64,000 nt of DNA from Candidatus Parcubacteria bacterium (GCA_003599635.1 QZIX01000002.1:18224-82223), one strand, 5' to 3'; counted from the stretch's first letter, positions 1 through 10,228 are shown. Notes: a model not told the origin generated them from the sequence alone. A program made the numbers and translations.

Positions 1-383
1 CCGTCGGCCTGCCGGTGATTTCCAGCCAGGGAGTGTTCATCGGCAGGATTTATCAGACTGAATCACGGATAAGTCAGCTTATGCCGGTGACCGATCCAAA
101 AATAAAAATCGGCGCCGCAATTTTAAACGATGAGCAGACCATGGGAATCATTACCGGCAGAGGCGACGGGCTGCTGAAGATGGAATATATACCCAAAGGA
201 GTTAAAATTGACACAGAAATGCTTGCCGTGACATCAGAGCTTGAAATAAACACACCGAAAGATCTTTTGATCGGCAGTGTAGTGGAATCAACAGCAGATC
301 CGAATAATTTTTTTCAAAGCGCGGTGATCAAGCCGTCATTTGAAATCAATGATCTGACTGTTGTTACAGTAATCTTACCTTAA
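1..383 (+). CDS. mreC: rod shape-determining protein MreC, C-terminal part (5' end outside the window)
   Basis: The frame is open to the window edge; the track ORF 15..383 starts at an internal GTG. The sequence GVFIGRI...VTDPKIKIGA...GIITGRGDG is MreC-like. It is followed by mreD-like and PBP2 genes in the canonical order. Confidence 0.8.
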   Translation, partial: VGLPVISSQGVFIGRIYQTESRISQLMPVTDPKIKIGAAILNDEQTMGIITGRGDGLLKMEYIPKGVKIDTEMLAVTSELEINTPKDLLIGSVVESTADPNNFFQSAVIKPSFEINDLTVVTVILP

Positions 384-386
384 TCT

Positions 387-893
387 ATGGTAAAACACTT
401 TATTATCTTTTTTTCCGGCTTTGCCGTCATTTTTTTGCAGTCAAGTTTTTTTAATATACTTAAAAGCCCTTTTAATAGCGTAAATTTATTCTTATTTTTT
501 CTGATTCTGCTTTTATTAAACGGCAATAAGGCAAATGTTGTCTGGGGCTTGTTTTTTACAGTTATTGCCGAATTATATTCTCTTTTGCCGTCAGGCGTGC
601 TGACTTTTTGCACCATACTGCTTTTTTATTTCATTAGATACATTTCAGGAAAATTTCTCGGGGACAATTACTTTTTTTCGCTTTCGGCTCTGATATTTTT
701 ATCAGTTATTTTTTATAATTTGCTTCTTACGGCTATTTTAAGTCTACTGCGTGTTTTTATACCTAGCGTTATGGCGGCAGATATTTCCGCCGACACTTTT
801 ATATATATTTTTTATGAAATAATTTCGGCATTTTTCCTGCTTTTATTGTTTTATCCGCCGTACTCGTTAATCAGGACAAGATTCAAATTTTAA
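387..893 (+). CDS. mreD: MreD-like polytopic membrane protein
   Basis: 168 aa, almost entirely hydrophobic, lying between mreC and PBP2. The call rests on size, topology and position, not on a motif. Confidence 0.5.
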   Translation: MVKHFIIFFSGFAVIFLQSSFFNILKSPFNSVNLFLFFLILLLLNGNKANVVWGLFFTVIAELYSLLPSGVLTFCTILLFYFIRYISGKFLGDNYFFSLSALIFLSVIFYNLLLTAILSLLRVFIPSVMAADISADTFIYIFYEIISAFFLLLLFYPPYSLIRTRFKF

Positions 894-898
894 TTTTT

Positions 899-2821
899 AT
901 GGACGTCAGTGATATCTTTAAGAGTAAAAACGCCGTGGGGGGAAAAATCGCCAAAAAGAACGGTTTTTTAGGCGATGATAATTACGGCGCTGATTCGGAA
1001 ATTAACGACAATCTGCGGCAAATGATTTCAGGCAAAAGATTGACTGTTATTTTTCTGGTGGCAATTATTTTTGTCGCGCTGATTTTCATCCGCGCTTTCT
1101 GGCTGCAGATTGTAAACGGCAAGTATTATAAAGATATCGCCGAGGGTAACAGAGTCAGGATTTTGACCACTAAAGCCAATAGAGGCGTAATTTACGACCG
1201 TAACGGGCATGTTCTTGTTGATAATATCGCGAGTTTCGCCTTGACAGTTATCCCTGTTGATTTACCCAGGCCGGGCGAACAAAGAGAGCAAATAATAGCA
1301 TGGCTGGCCAAAGCGACTAAAAAAACTCCCGATGAAATAAAGTCCGCGATAGACAACGCCGACAGTTTTTCATATGAGCCGATAACTCTGGCAGAAAACA
1401 TTGACTATGAGACGGCTTTATCGTTTGAGTTGGAAACGGCGGGAATGAACGGGGTGTCAGTCCGGGTAAAACCATTGCGAAATTATATAGCCGCTGATAA
1501 AAATAATACCTGGTCGCATGTTCTTGGCTACCTCGGTAAAATTACCAGTGATGAAAAAGAAGAATATTTGCAGGCCGGCTACAGCCAGGAAGATCTGGTG
1601 GGAAAAGACGGCGTGGAAAAATTTTACGAGAATGTCTTAAAAGGTAAAGATGGCAGGGAAAAAATAGAAGTGGACGCATTGGGAAATAAAAAAGAAATAA
1701 TTTCAATTGATCCGGCACAGCCGGGCAGCAGTCTGGTTTTAACCATTGATTCAGGTTTGCAGCAGGCGGCAGCGGATGCGTTAGCAAGAGGGCTTAAAAG
1801 AAATAGCAAGCAGAAAGGATCTGTTATAGTAATGGATCCGAACAACGGTGAAATTCTTGCCTTTGTCAGTATGCCCTCCTTTAACAGCAATGATTTTAGC
1901 CGCGGTTTAAGCCGTGAAAAATTTGACGCTCTTCTAAACGATCCGAGTCAGCCAATGTTTAATCGCGCGATTTCCGGCCAGTATCCTTCAGGCTCGACGA
2001 TAAAACCCGTGATTGCGCTGGCCGGACTGGAAGAAAAAGTGATTACTCAGGCAACGCAATTATTAAGCGTCGGCGGAATTTATGTTGATAAATGGTTTTT
2101 TCCAGACTGGAAATCCGGCGGGCACGGCTTGACCGACGTCAAAAAAGCCTTATCGCAGTCCGTTAATACATTTTTTTACGTAGTCGGCGGCGGTTATAAG
2201 GATATTTCAGGCCTTGGCCTTGAAAGAATAAACCATTATTTCAAAATTTTTAATTTAGGATCTGTGCTCGGTGTCGATCTGCCAAACGAGGCGGAAGGAT
2301 TCATACCGACTGCTGAATGGAAAAAAACGTCTAAACAGGAACAATGGTATATCGGCGATACTTATCATTTATCCATAGGACAGGGGGATATTTTAGTCAC
2401 CGTGCTTCAGGCGACATCATGGATGAATTTTTTTGCCAACCAGGGCATTATTTATCAGCCCAGGATAGTAAAACAATTATTAAATCAATCGGGAGAAGTT
2501 TTAGCTGAAAAAGAAGCGAAAATAATCAGACAGGATATCGCAGACCAGGAAAATATTGAAACAGTCAGACAAGGGTTGCTTCAGACGGTGTCTTCTGGCA
2601 GCGCAGTCTATCTGTCGTCTTTGGCAAAACCCGCAGCCGGCAAAACAGGCACGGCCCAGCTTTCAAAAGACAAAAGCCCGCATGCCTGGTTCAGCGGTTT
2701 TTTGCCTTACAAAAATCCGGAGATTACCGTAACAGTTTTAATTGAGGAAGGCGGGGAAGGCAGTGTGGTTGCCGTGCCGGTGGCTCGGGAAATTTTCAAT
2801 TGGTGGCTGTTAAACCGTTAA
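899..2821 (+). CDS. mrdA: penicillin-binding protein 2 (class B transpeptidase)
   Basis: N-terminal TM anchor plus transpeptidase motifs SGSTIK (SxxK), SQSVN (SxN) and GKTGTA (KTG). Confidence 0.9.
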   Translation: MDVSDIFKSKNAVGGKIAKKNGFLGDDNYGADSEINDNLRQMISGKRLTVIFLVAIIFVALIFIRAFWLQIVNGKYYKDIAEGNRVRILTTKANRGVIYDRNGHVLVDNIASFALTVIPVDLPRPGEQREQIIAWLAKATKKTPDEIKSAIDNADSFSYEPITLAENIDYETALSFELETAGMNGVSVRVKPLRNYIAADKNNTWSHVLGYLGKITSDEKEEYLQAGYSQEDLVGKDGVEKFYENVLKGKDGREKIEVDALGNKKEIISIDPAQPGSSLVLTIDSGLQQAAADALARGLKRNSKQKGSVIVMDPNNGEILAFVSMPSFNSNDFSRGLSREKFDALLNDPSQPMFNRAISGQYPSGSTIKPVIALAGLEEKVITQATQLLSVGGIYVDKWFFPDWKSGGHGLTDVKKALSQSVNTFFYVVGGGYKDISGLGLERINHYFKIFNLGSVLGVDLPNEAEGFIPTAEWKKTSKQEQWYIGDTYHLSIGQGDILVTVLQATSWMNFFANQGIIYQPRIVKQLLNQSGEVLAEKEAKIIRQDIADQENIETVRQGLLQTVSSGSAVYLSSLAKPAAGKTGTAQLSKDKSPHAWFSGFLPYKNPEITVTVLIEEGGEGSVVAVPVAREIFNWWLLNR

Positions 2822-2826
2822 ACAGG

Positions 2827-2835
2827 TGTGGATAA
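2827..2835 (+). promoter_or_regulatory. perfect DnaA-box 9-mer (TGTGGATAA = TTATCCACA) upstream of the greA promoter
   Basis: Exact 9-mer, 16 nt upstream of TTGACA (2852-2857)-17-TATTGT (2875-2880). Confidence 0.5.
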
Positions 2836-2920
2836 GTTAGAATTTAAAAACTTGACAGCAGGGATAAATAAGTTTATTGTAATAGTTACTTTTATTTTAA
2901 ACTGAAACAAAAATAAATTT

Positions 2921-3379
2921 ATGCATACCTATATTTCAGCGGAAGGCCTGAAAAAATTGAAAGATGAGCTTGATTGTCTGAAGAATGTGAAAAGAAAAGA
3001 AGTAATCGAGCGCATTGCCAAAGCCAAAGAATTGGGCGATCTTTCCGAGAATGCGGAGTATTCTGACGCTAAAGACGAGCAGGGATTTATAGAAGGAAGA
3101 ATTATGGAACTTGAAAAAATAATCAATGATGTAGTAGTGGTGAAAGAGAGTTCTAAAAATTCGGATTTTGTAAATATCGGTTCGGAGATAAAAGTCAAAA
3201 TTGACAGCGAGATAAAAAAATTCAAAATTGTCGGTTCCCGGGAAGCCAACCCGGGGGAAAATAAAATCTCCAATGAATCGCCTTTGGGGCAGGCGTTATT
3301 AGGCAGAAAAGTAGGAGAAAAAGTAAGGGTGATTATTCCCAAAGGCGAAATCGAATACCAGATTTTGGAAATAAATTAA
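2921..3379 (+). CDS. greA: transcription elongation factor GreA
   Basis: 152 aa. N-terminal coiled coil with an acidic tip (ELGDLSENAEYSDAKDEQ) and a GreA-type C-terminal domain. Confidence 0.9.
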   Translation: MHTYISAEGLKKLKDELDCLKNVKRKEVIERIAKAKELGDLSENAEYSDAKDEQGFIEGRIMELEKIINDVVVVKESSKNSDFVNIGSEIKVKIDSEIKKFKIVGSREANPGENKISNESPLGQALLGRKVGEKVRVIIPKGEIEYQILEIN

Positions 3380-3397
3380 ATAATTTTACACATTTTA

Positions 3398-3427
3398 GCT
3401 GCCCTTAATTGCATGGGCAGTTTTTTG
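3398..3427 (+). terminator. intrinsic terminator after greA
   Basis: CTGCCC-loop-GGGCAG followed by T6. Confidence 0.7.
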
Positions 3428-3474
3428 ACTTAAAGCCGTTTTTTAGTTAGAATTAACCCATTAAACAAGATTTT

Positions 3475-4926
3475 ATGGAAAAAGGAGATTTTCAGGAAAA
3501 GAAAATCAGGCAGAAAAAAGTCAATGACTTAAGGTTATTAGGGATTAACCCTTATCCGTCAACCGTTGCGGTCGGTATGTCCGTCGCAGAATCAAGAGAG
3601 CTTGGCGAAGGCGCTAAAAAAGTCAAAATTGCGGGAAGGATTGTGTCTTTCAGGCAGATGGGAAAACTTACTTTTGCCAATATTAAGGATGAGACGGCAA
3701 AAATACAAATCGCCTTTAAGGAAGACTCAATCGGCAAATCCAAATATGATTTTTTGAATTTTTTAAATGTCGGTGATTTTGTAAGCGTTACCGGAAATCT
3801 TTTTAAAACCAAAAAAGGCGAACTGACTGTTCAAGTGACGGATTTCAATCTGCTTACCAAGGCGCTTATGCCATTGCCTGAAAAATGGCACGGGCTAAAA
3901 GATCAGGAGCTGCGTTTTAGAAAAAGATATCTGGATTTACTGTCAAGCAATCAGGTGTTTGAACTGTTCAAACTGCGCAGCAAATTTATAAAGAACGTAA
4001 GAAATTTTTTTGAACAGAAAGATTTTTTAGAAGTGGAAACTCCGGTATTAGAAAATATACCCGGCGGTGCTGATGCTGAACCGTTTGTAACGCATCATAA
4101 TACGCTAGATTTCGATTTATATTTAAGAATTTCCCTGGAACTTCATCTGAAGCGTTTGCTCGTAGGGGGCTATGAGAGAATTTTCGAAATAGGAAAGGTA
4201 TTTCGTAACGAAGGCATGAGCACTCAGCACCTCCAGGAGTTTACTATGCTTGAATTTTACATAGCGTATAAGGATTACAATTTTTTAATGAAATTCGTGC
4301 CTGATTTGTACCGTTATGCCATTAAAAATACTTTCGGAAGTTTGAAAATTGACTACCAGGGAATCGAACTTGATTTCGACCAAGGATGGAAAACAATTGA
4401 CTACGTTAAGGCCATAAAGGAAAAAACCGGTGTGGATGTTGTTAAAGCCGCTGACAATGAAATCAAAGAAGCCATAAAAAAATTTAAAGTCAGAACTGAC
4501 ATTAAAGCCGGCCGGGGAAGGCTGATAGATCAGCTTTACAAAAAAATGGTGCGGCCGGAATTGGTTCAGCCTACTATTTTGATTAATCTGCCGGTTGCCG
4601 TATCGCCTTTAGCCAAGAGGCATTTTGACAAACCCGAACTGGCCGAAAGAATGGTAATTGTCGCCGCCGGAATTGAAATCGGCAACGGTTTTTCAGAACT
4701 CAACGACCCGCAGGACCAGAAAGAGCGTTTTTTGGAGCAGATGAAATTAAGGAAGGCGGGGGATAAGGAAGCGCAGATGACCGATAATGATTTTATTGAA
4801 GCTTTGGAATACGGCATGCCGCCGGCCGCCGGTTTTGGTGTTGGACTTGACCGGCTGTTTATGATTTTGGCCGGCGCGGATTCAATACGTGAGGTAGTGC
4901 TGTTTCCGACCATGAAAGATAAATAA
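3475..4926 (+). CDS. lysS: lysine--tRNA ligase (class II)
   Basis: OB-fold N-domain and class II motifs (FRNEG, GFGVGLDRL); full-length LysS-like sequence. Confidence 0.95.
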   Translation: MEKGDFQEKKIRQKKVNDLRLLGINPYPSTVAVGMSVAESRELGEGAKKVKIAGRIVSFRQMGKLTFANIKDETAKIQIAFKEDSIGKSKYDFLNFLNVGDFVSVTGNLFKTKKGELTVQVTDFNLLTKALMPLPEKWHGLKDQELRFRKRYLDLLSSNQVFELFKLRSKFIKNVRNFFEQKDFLEVETPVLENIPGGADAEPFVTHHNTLDFDLYLRISLELHLKRLLVGGYERIFEIGKVFRNEGMSTQHLQEFTMLEFYIAYKDYNFLMKFVPDLYRYAIKNTFGSLKIDYQGIELDFDQGWKTIDYVKAIKEKTGVDVVKAADNEIKEAIKKFKVRTDIKAGRGRLIDQLYKKMVRPELVQPTILINLPVAVSPLAKRHFDKPELAERMVIVAAGIEIGNGFSELNDPQDQKERFLEQMKLRKAGDKEAQMTDNDFIEALEYGMPPAAGFGVGLDRLFMILAGADSIREVVLFPTMKDK

Positions 4927-4927
4927 T

Positions 4928-5479
4928 ATGGAAAGGCAGGAAGCTTACAATATCGTTCTGGCCAATGTCAAAAATAATAACTTAGTTAAGCACATGCTGG
5001 CGGTAGAAGCGGTTATGGCCGGCCTTGCCGTAAAGCTTGACCAGAACGCAAATGACTGGCGCCTGGCGGGGCTTTTACACGATGCCGATTACGAAGAAAC
5101 GAAAAATGACATGCCCAGGCAGGGCGTAATTATTGCCGAAAAACTTTCCCAATTGGGAATAGCCGATGAAATTTGCCACGCCATAAAAGCCCACAACGAC
5201 AAGACCGGTACGGCGCGACAAAGTCTGATGGATAAAGCCATTTACGCAGCAGATCCTTTAACCGGTTTGATAGTCGCTTCAACTTTGGTTTTGCCTTCAA
5301 AAAAAATTGCCGATTTGACGGTGGAAAATATCCTTAACCGCTTTAAGGAAAAATCATTTGCCAAAGGTGCCAGACGAGATGCCATATTGTCTTGTGTTGA
5401 AATTAATTTATCTCTGGAAGAATTTGTCAGCATCGCTTTGGAAGAGATGAAAAAAATTAGCAGCAACCTTGGCTTATGA
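4928..5479 (+). CDS. HD-domain metal-dependent phosphohydrolase
   Basis: HD signature LLHDADYE with flanking His residues, 183 aa. The TGA stop overlaps the next ATG (ATGA). Confidence 0.65.
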   Translation: MERQEAYNIVLANVKNNNLVKHMLAVEAVMAGLAVKLDQNANDWRLAGLLHDADYEETKNDMPRQGVIIAEKLSQLGIADEICHAIKAHNDKTGTARQSLMDKAIYAADPLTGLIVASTLVLPSKKIADLTVENILNRFKEKSFAKGARRDAILSCVEINLSLEEFVSIALEEMKKISSNLGL

Positions 5480-5874
5480 TCAAAAAAGTAATGGTTTTCG
5501 GAACATTCGATATTTTGCACCCGGGTCATCTGAGTTTTTTCAAACAGGCGCAAAAATACGGCCAACTGACGGTTGTAGTCGCCCGGGATAAAAATGTTTT
5601 GAAAATTAAGGGTAAATTACCGCAAAACTCCGAGAACGAAAGGCTTAAAACAGTTAAAAATATATGGGGAATCACCGCTTTACTTGGCGATTTAAATGAC
5701 CCTTATAAGGTTATAAAAAAAGCCGGGCCTGGTATTATCTGCCTTGGTTACGACCAAAAAAGTTTCGTGAACGAATTAAAATTTAAATTTCCAAAAATAA
5801 AAATTATCAGGTTAAAACCATATAAGCCAGAATTATTTAAAACATCTAAACTAATTCAATATGCTCGACATTAA
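5476..5874 (+). CDS. cytidylyltransferase-fold nucleotidyltransferase (RibL/FAD synthase-like or TagD-like)
   Basis: N-terminal GTFDILHPGH matches the (H/T)xGH nucleotidyltransferase motif; 132 aa. Confidence 0.6.
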   Translation: MIKKVMVFGTFDILHPGHLSFFKQAQKYGQLTVVVARDKNVLKIKGKLPQNSENERLKTVKNIWGITALLGDLNDPYKVIKKAGPGIICLGYDQKSFVNELKFKFPKIKIIRLKPYKPELFKTSKLIQYARH

Positions 5875-7099
5875 TAAAATCAGGGAAGAAAAGGAGACGG
5901 TAAAAAAAGCCCTGCTTAAAAGAATGGATGAAAAAGATCTTGATCTGGACAGTTTAATTGAGTTGGATGATGAGAGGCGTCGGTTATTGCATAAAGCAGA
6001 AAATTTGAAAGCTGAAAGGAATAAATACTCCAAAAGCAAGCCCGATAAAGAAACTATTGCCAAACTTAAAGCAGTCGGCATAGAAATAAAAGAACTTGAT
6101 GAAAAGTTGAGAATTATCGAAGAAAGGCTTAAAGAAAAATTAAGCGCCTTGCCGAATATTACCGCTGATGATGTTTTGCCTGGGGGCAAGGAAAATAATA
6201 AAGTAATCCGAACTCTTGGCAAGAAAAGAGAATATGATTTTAAAGCTAAAGATCATGTCGAATTGGCAACTGCTTTGGATATAATCGACTATGAACGCGG
6301 AGCCAGAATGTCAGGTTCCGGGTTTTGGATTTATAAAGGCCAGGGCGCCGTTTTAGAATGGTCTTTATTGAATTATTTTATAGAATTTCACAGAAAAAAC
6401 GGCTACGACTTCATACTGCCGCCTTATCTTTTGACTGAACAATCGGCTTATACATCCGGGCATCTGCCCAAATTCCGCGATGACCTTTTTTGGACACAGG
6501 ATAAGCTTTGTTTGAACGCTACCTCAGAAATGATGCTGGGAAATTTACATCGTGATGAAATTTTAAACAAACTGCCTATGAAATATTTCGCTTACTCGGC
6601 CTGTTTTAGGCGGGAAGCGGGCAGCTATCGTAAAGAGGAGAGGGGAATGGTGCGCGGACATCAATTTAACAAAATTGAAATGTTTCATTTTACTGAACCA
6701 AAAGACAGCTGGAAGTCTTTTGATGAACTTGTAAAGAATGCCGAAAGACTTGTTGAAGGACTGGATCTGCATTTTCAATCCGTACAACTTGCGGCAGGGG
6801 ATGCTTCGGCTGCCATGGCCAAAACCATAGACATTGAAGTCTGGATACCGAGCATGGAAACGTACAAGGAAGTATCCAGCGTTTCCAATGCCCTTGATTA
6901 TCAGGCGCGGCGCGGTAATGTCAGGTATAAAAATCCAAAGGGTAAAAACGATTTCGTCCATACATTAAACGCTTCCGGCCTGGCAACCAGCCGTTTATTT
7001 CCGGCAATACTTGAGCAGCATCAGAATTCTGACGGTACGGTCAATATTCCCAAAAGCCTGCAGAAATACACCGGCTTTAAAAAAATAGAAAAAAAATAA
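5861..7099 (+). CDS. serS: serine--tRNA ligase
   Basis: N-terminal coiled-coil arm plus class II core (FRREAGS, GHQFNKIEMF, NASGLATSR). Confidence 0.95.
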   Translation: MLDINKIREEKETVKKALLKRMDEKDLDLDSLIELDDERRRLLHKAENLKAERNKYSKSKPDKETIAKLKAVGIEIKELDEKLRIIEERLKEKLSALPNITADDVLPGGKENNKVIRTLGKKREYDFKAKDHVELATALDIIDYERGARMSGSGFWIYKGQGAVLEWSLLNYFIEFHRKNGYDFILPPYLLTEQSAYTSGHLPKFRDDLFWTQDKLCLNATSEMMLGNLHRDEILNKLPMKYFAYSACFRREAGSYRKEERGMVRGHQFNKIEMFHFTEPKDSWKSFDELVKNAERLVEGLDLHFQSVQLAAGDASAAMAKTIDIEVWIPSMETYKEVSSVSNALDYQARRGNVRYKNPKGKNDFVHTLNASGLATSRLFPAILEQHQNSDGTVNIPKSLQKYTGFKKIEKK

Positions 7100-7105
7100 T
7101 TTTAT

Positions 7106-8230
7106 ATGCCAAGAAAAAAAATTAACGTCGGCGTTATTTTCGGCGGTCGTTCAGGTGAGCATGAGGTATCCATAGTTTCGGCTCAGGCAGTAATGAAGGC
7201 GTTTGATAAATCAAAATATAATGTGATTCCCGTTGGCATCACTAAACAAGGTGTCTGGCTGTCAGGAGCAGAAGCCGTAAAATTCTTGAAAAAAGGTATA
7301 AAAAAGATAGTTACTAAGACGGTTTTGGCACCGGATGCAACGGAAAGGGGGTTAATGAAGGTAAGCCGGAATAAAGTCAGTTTTAACCAGAAATTAGACG
7401 TAGTTTTTCCCGTGTTGCACGGCACTTACGGCGAGGATGGAACTGTACAAGGTTTATTCGAACTGGCCAATATACCTTATGTCGGAGCCGGTGTTTTGGG
7501 ATCTGCCGTCGGCATGGATAAAGTCATCCAGAAAGAAATTTTCAAGCAGAACAATTTACCGATAGTCAAGTATGTCTGGTTTTTAAAAAGTGACTGGCAG
7601 AAAGGCAGAGCTAATATTTTGCGACTCATAGAAAAGAAGCTGAAATATCCGGTTTTTGTCAAGCCGGTGAATTTGGGTTCTTCTGTCGGCATATCCAAGG
7701 CCAGAAATAGGGCAGAATTGGTCCCTGCCGTTAAATTAGCGGCAAAGTTTGACAGAAAAATCATCGTTGAAAAATCGGCCGGTAATATCAGGGAAATCGA
7801 GGTCGCCGTGCTTGGCAATGACCATCCTGAATCCACTGTGCCCGGAGAAATCATCCCATCGAATGAATTTTACGACTATAACGCCAAGTATATTGACGGC
7901 AAGTCACAAGCCATAATCCCGGCCAGATTGCCCAGAAGCGTAATTAAAAAAGTCAGAGAAACGGCTGTTGCGGCCTACAGGTGTCTGGATCTTTCGGGAA
8001 TGTCACGTGTCGATTTTTTCGTACTTAAAGGATCAAACAAGCTGATATTAAATGAGGTAAACACCATACCGGGATTTACTTCAATTTCAATGTATCCCAA
8101 GCTGTGGCAGGCAACAGGGCTGTCATATAAAAAGCTTTTGGATAAACTGATAAACTTTGCCATTATAAGACATAAGGAAAAAAATAAACTCAAGACATCA
8201 TTTGATTCGGGCAGCGATTGGTATAAATAA
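7106..8230 (+). CDS. ddl: D-alanine--D-alanine ligase
   Basis: ATP-grasp enzyme with LHGTYGEDGTVQG and NEVNTIPGFT motifs. Confidence 0.95.
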   Translation: MPRKKINVGVIFGGRSGEHEVSIVSAQAVMKAFDKSKYNVIPVGITKQGVWLSGAEAVKFLKKGIKKIVTKTVLAPDATERGLMKVSRNKVSFNQKLDVVFPVLHGTYGEDGTVQGLFELANIPYVGAGVLGSAVGMDKVIQKEIFKQNNLPIVKYVWFLKSDWQKGRANILRLIEKKLKYPVFVKPVNLGSSVGISKARNRAELVPAVKLAAKFDRKIIVEKSAGNIREIEVAVLGNDHPESTVPGEIIPSNEFYDYNAKYIDGKSQAIIPARLPRSVIKKVRETAVAAYRCLDLSGMSRVDFFVLKGSNKLILNEVNTIPGFTSISMYPKLWQATGLSYKKLLDKLINFAIIRHKEKNKLKTSFDSGSDWYK

Positions 8231-8244
8231 TAAATAATTTTTAC

Positions 8245-9066
8245 GTGAAAAAGAAATTGGGATATGTACGTAAGGATTTAAAAAATCCTTTTTTTAGAAA
8301 AAAAAGGGCAAAATTTTCACTTTATTTTTTTTCGGCTGCGGCCTTAATATTAGCAGCAGCCATTTTTGTAGTCATGGCGCAACGCCTGTTATTGATTAAG
8401 GAAATAAAAATTATCGGCACTGATAAAAAAGAAGAGGTCAGATCCGAAGTTTTAAAGCAGCTGAGTAAAAAAAATTATATATTTTTTTCACAGGAAAACA
8501 TTTTATTTTTAGACAGTAATGGCCTGTCGTCGCAATTAATTGACAAATTCAATTTTGAAAGCATAAAAGTGAAAAAACATCCGTTTAACAGTTTGGAACT
8601 TGATGTTGATGAAAAAACAGCTGCCGCTGTTTTAATGGACAGCCATAATATTTTTTATTTGAATAAGGAAGGTATGGTAACGGCTAAAGCCATTTTGGAT
8701 TCGGCAAGCGAAAAATCAGTACAGAGAAACGAGATTGTCACCAAAGACATTCCGATAATTATGGTACCCGAGCAAAATTACGAACCCGGCAGGATCGCAA
8801 TAAATAAAGACCTTGTAAATTTTGTAGCCAATATCCATGACAGTTTAAAAAATACAACAACTGATATTGAACATTACGAATTGATCGACGATAAATTCAA
8901 TGATATAGCCGCCGTATCATCAGCCGGTTACAAAGTATTTTTTTCTATCCAATCAGACGCAACAAATCAAGTTAAGAATTTAATCGCTCTTTTAGAAGAA
9001 AAAATAAAGGATAAAAAAATTGAATATATTGATCTGCGCTACGGTAACAAAATTTTTTACAAGTAA
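8245..9066 (+). CDS. ftsQ: FtsQ/DivIB-like cell division protein
   Basis: GTG start, a single N-terminal TM segment and an extracytoplasmic POTRA-like region, immediately downstream of ddl. No sharp motif. Confidence 0.45.
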   Translation: MKKKLGYVRKDLKNPFFRKKRAKFSLYFFSAAALILAAAIFVVMAQRLLLIKEIKIIGTDKKEEVRSEVLKQLSKKNYIFFSQENILFLDSNGLSSQLIDKFNFESIKVKKHPFNSLELDVDEKTAAAVLMDSHNIFYLNKEGMVTAKAILDSASEKSVQRNEIVTKDIPIIMVPEQNYEPGRIAINKDLVNFVANIHDSLKNTTTDIEHYELIDDKFNDIAAVSSAGYKVFFSIQSDATNQVKNLIALLEEKIKDKKIEYIDLRYGNKIFYK

Positions 9067-9166
9067 ATCTTTATATTTATTCAAACAATACAAACAATAC
9101 AAAGCAGAAATATATTTTTATGAGTTTTGAGAGTTTGTTGTTAAGGTGAAAGTTAGTAATTTGTAA

Positions 9167-9175
9167 TGTGGATAA
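9167..9175 (+). promoter_or_regulatory. perfect DnaA-box 9-mer upstream of the xer promoter
   Basis: Exact 9-mer, 6 nt upstream of TTGCGG (9182-9187)-17-TAGAAT (9205-9210). Confidence 0.5.
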
Positions 9176-9217
9176 GTGATATTGCGGTAAATTATAAATA
9201 ATTATAGAATAATTTTA

Positions 9218-9245
9218 GGGTCGTATAATGTATATTAATTCACGT
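9218..9245. promoter_or_regulatory. dif-like Xer recombination site candidate
   Basis: GGGTCGTATAA-TGTATA-TTAATTCACGT compared with E. coli dif GGTGCGCATAA-TGTATA-TTATGTTAAAT. The central 13 nt ATAATGTATATTA are identical. Lies 15 nt upstream of the xer ATG. Confidence 0.4.
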
Positions 9246-9259
9246 TAAAGCTTGATTTT

Positions 9260-10228
9260 ATGAATAAATCCAATACCCCTTTAATTAAGCACATACCTGA
9301 TTTTTTAGATTATTGCGACGTGGTTAAGGGTTTATCCGCAAAATCAATTGAAGATTATCACCGTTTTATAAAAAAGTTCGTCTTGTGGCTTGAACAAAAT
9401 AATCTGGGTGGGTTAAAACCCCACGATTTATCAAGCCAGCACATTTATCAGTACCGCCTGTACCTTTCCCGACACGCCAATTTTAAAAACCACGGCCAAC
9501 TAAAAAAAAGCACTCAAAATTATTATTTAATAGCTATCAGGGCTCTTTTATTGTATTTTACCGCCAAAGACATAATCTCGTTACCTGCAGATAAGGTTGT
9601 TTTGGCAAAAGAAAAAAATGTCCGCAAGGTAAACTTTTTAAACCTGTCACAGCTGCAAAAATTACTTTCCTCCCCTTCTCTTAACAACGTTAAAGGTCTT
9701 CGTGACCGCGCTATTCTTGAAAGTTTATTTAGTACCGGCATGCGCGTCGGCGAGCTGGCGGGTTTGGACCGGGATCAGATAAATTTAGATTTTCTAAAAA
9801 AAAATAAGCTTACAGAACTGGAACTCCCGGTAACCGGTAAAGGCGGTTACACCCGCACGGTTTATTTTTCACGACGGTCTTTGGATGCGATAATCAGTTA
9901 CCTGGAACTTCGAAAAGACACGGACAAGCCATTATTTATAAGTTTTTCAAGGTTTAAAAATTTGGAAAATCGTTTAACAACAAAATCGATAGAAAGACTG
10001 GTCAAAAAATATGTTCATCTGGCCGGTTTACCCTTAAATACTTCACCGCATACCTTGCGCCATTCATTTGCCACGGACCTTCTTAATCAAGGTGTTGATT
10101 TAAGAATTGTCCAGGAATTCTTAGGCCATCAAAATATCTCCACCACTCAGATATATACTCACGTTACCAGTAAAAAGCTCAAAGACATCCATCAAAAGTT
10201 TCACAGCGGCGAACGGCTTAAGGGCTAA
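9260..10228 (+). CDS. tyrosine site-specific recombinase, XerC/XerD family
   Basis: SAM-like N-domain and catalytic C-domain with RVGELAGL, HTLRHSFAT and LGHQNISTTQIYTH (R..HxxR..Y). Confidence 0.85.
   Translation: MNKSNTPLIKHIPDFLDYCDVVKGLSAKSIEDYHRFIKKFVLWLEQNNLGGLKPHDLSSQHIYQYRLYLSRHANFKNHGQLKKSTQNYYLIAIRALLLYFTAKDIISLPADKVVLAKEKNVRKVNFLNLSQLQKLLSSPSLNNVKGLRDRAILESLFSTGMRVGELAGLDRDQINLDFLKKNKLTELELPVTGKGGYTRTVYFSRRSLDAIISYLELRKDTDKPLFISFSRFKNLENRLTTKSIERLVKKYVHLAGLPLNTSPHTLRHSFATDLLNQGVDLRIVQEFLGHQNISTTQIYTHVTSKKLKDIHQKFHSGERLKG

Noticed and set aside
9082-9104. Short tandem repeat CAAACAATA x2 (plus a partial copy) after the ftsQ-like gene
   Set aside because: There are only about 2.5 copies of a 9-mer in an AT-rich spacer, and no further structure.
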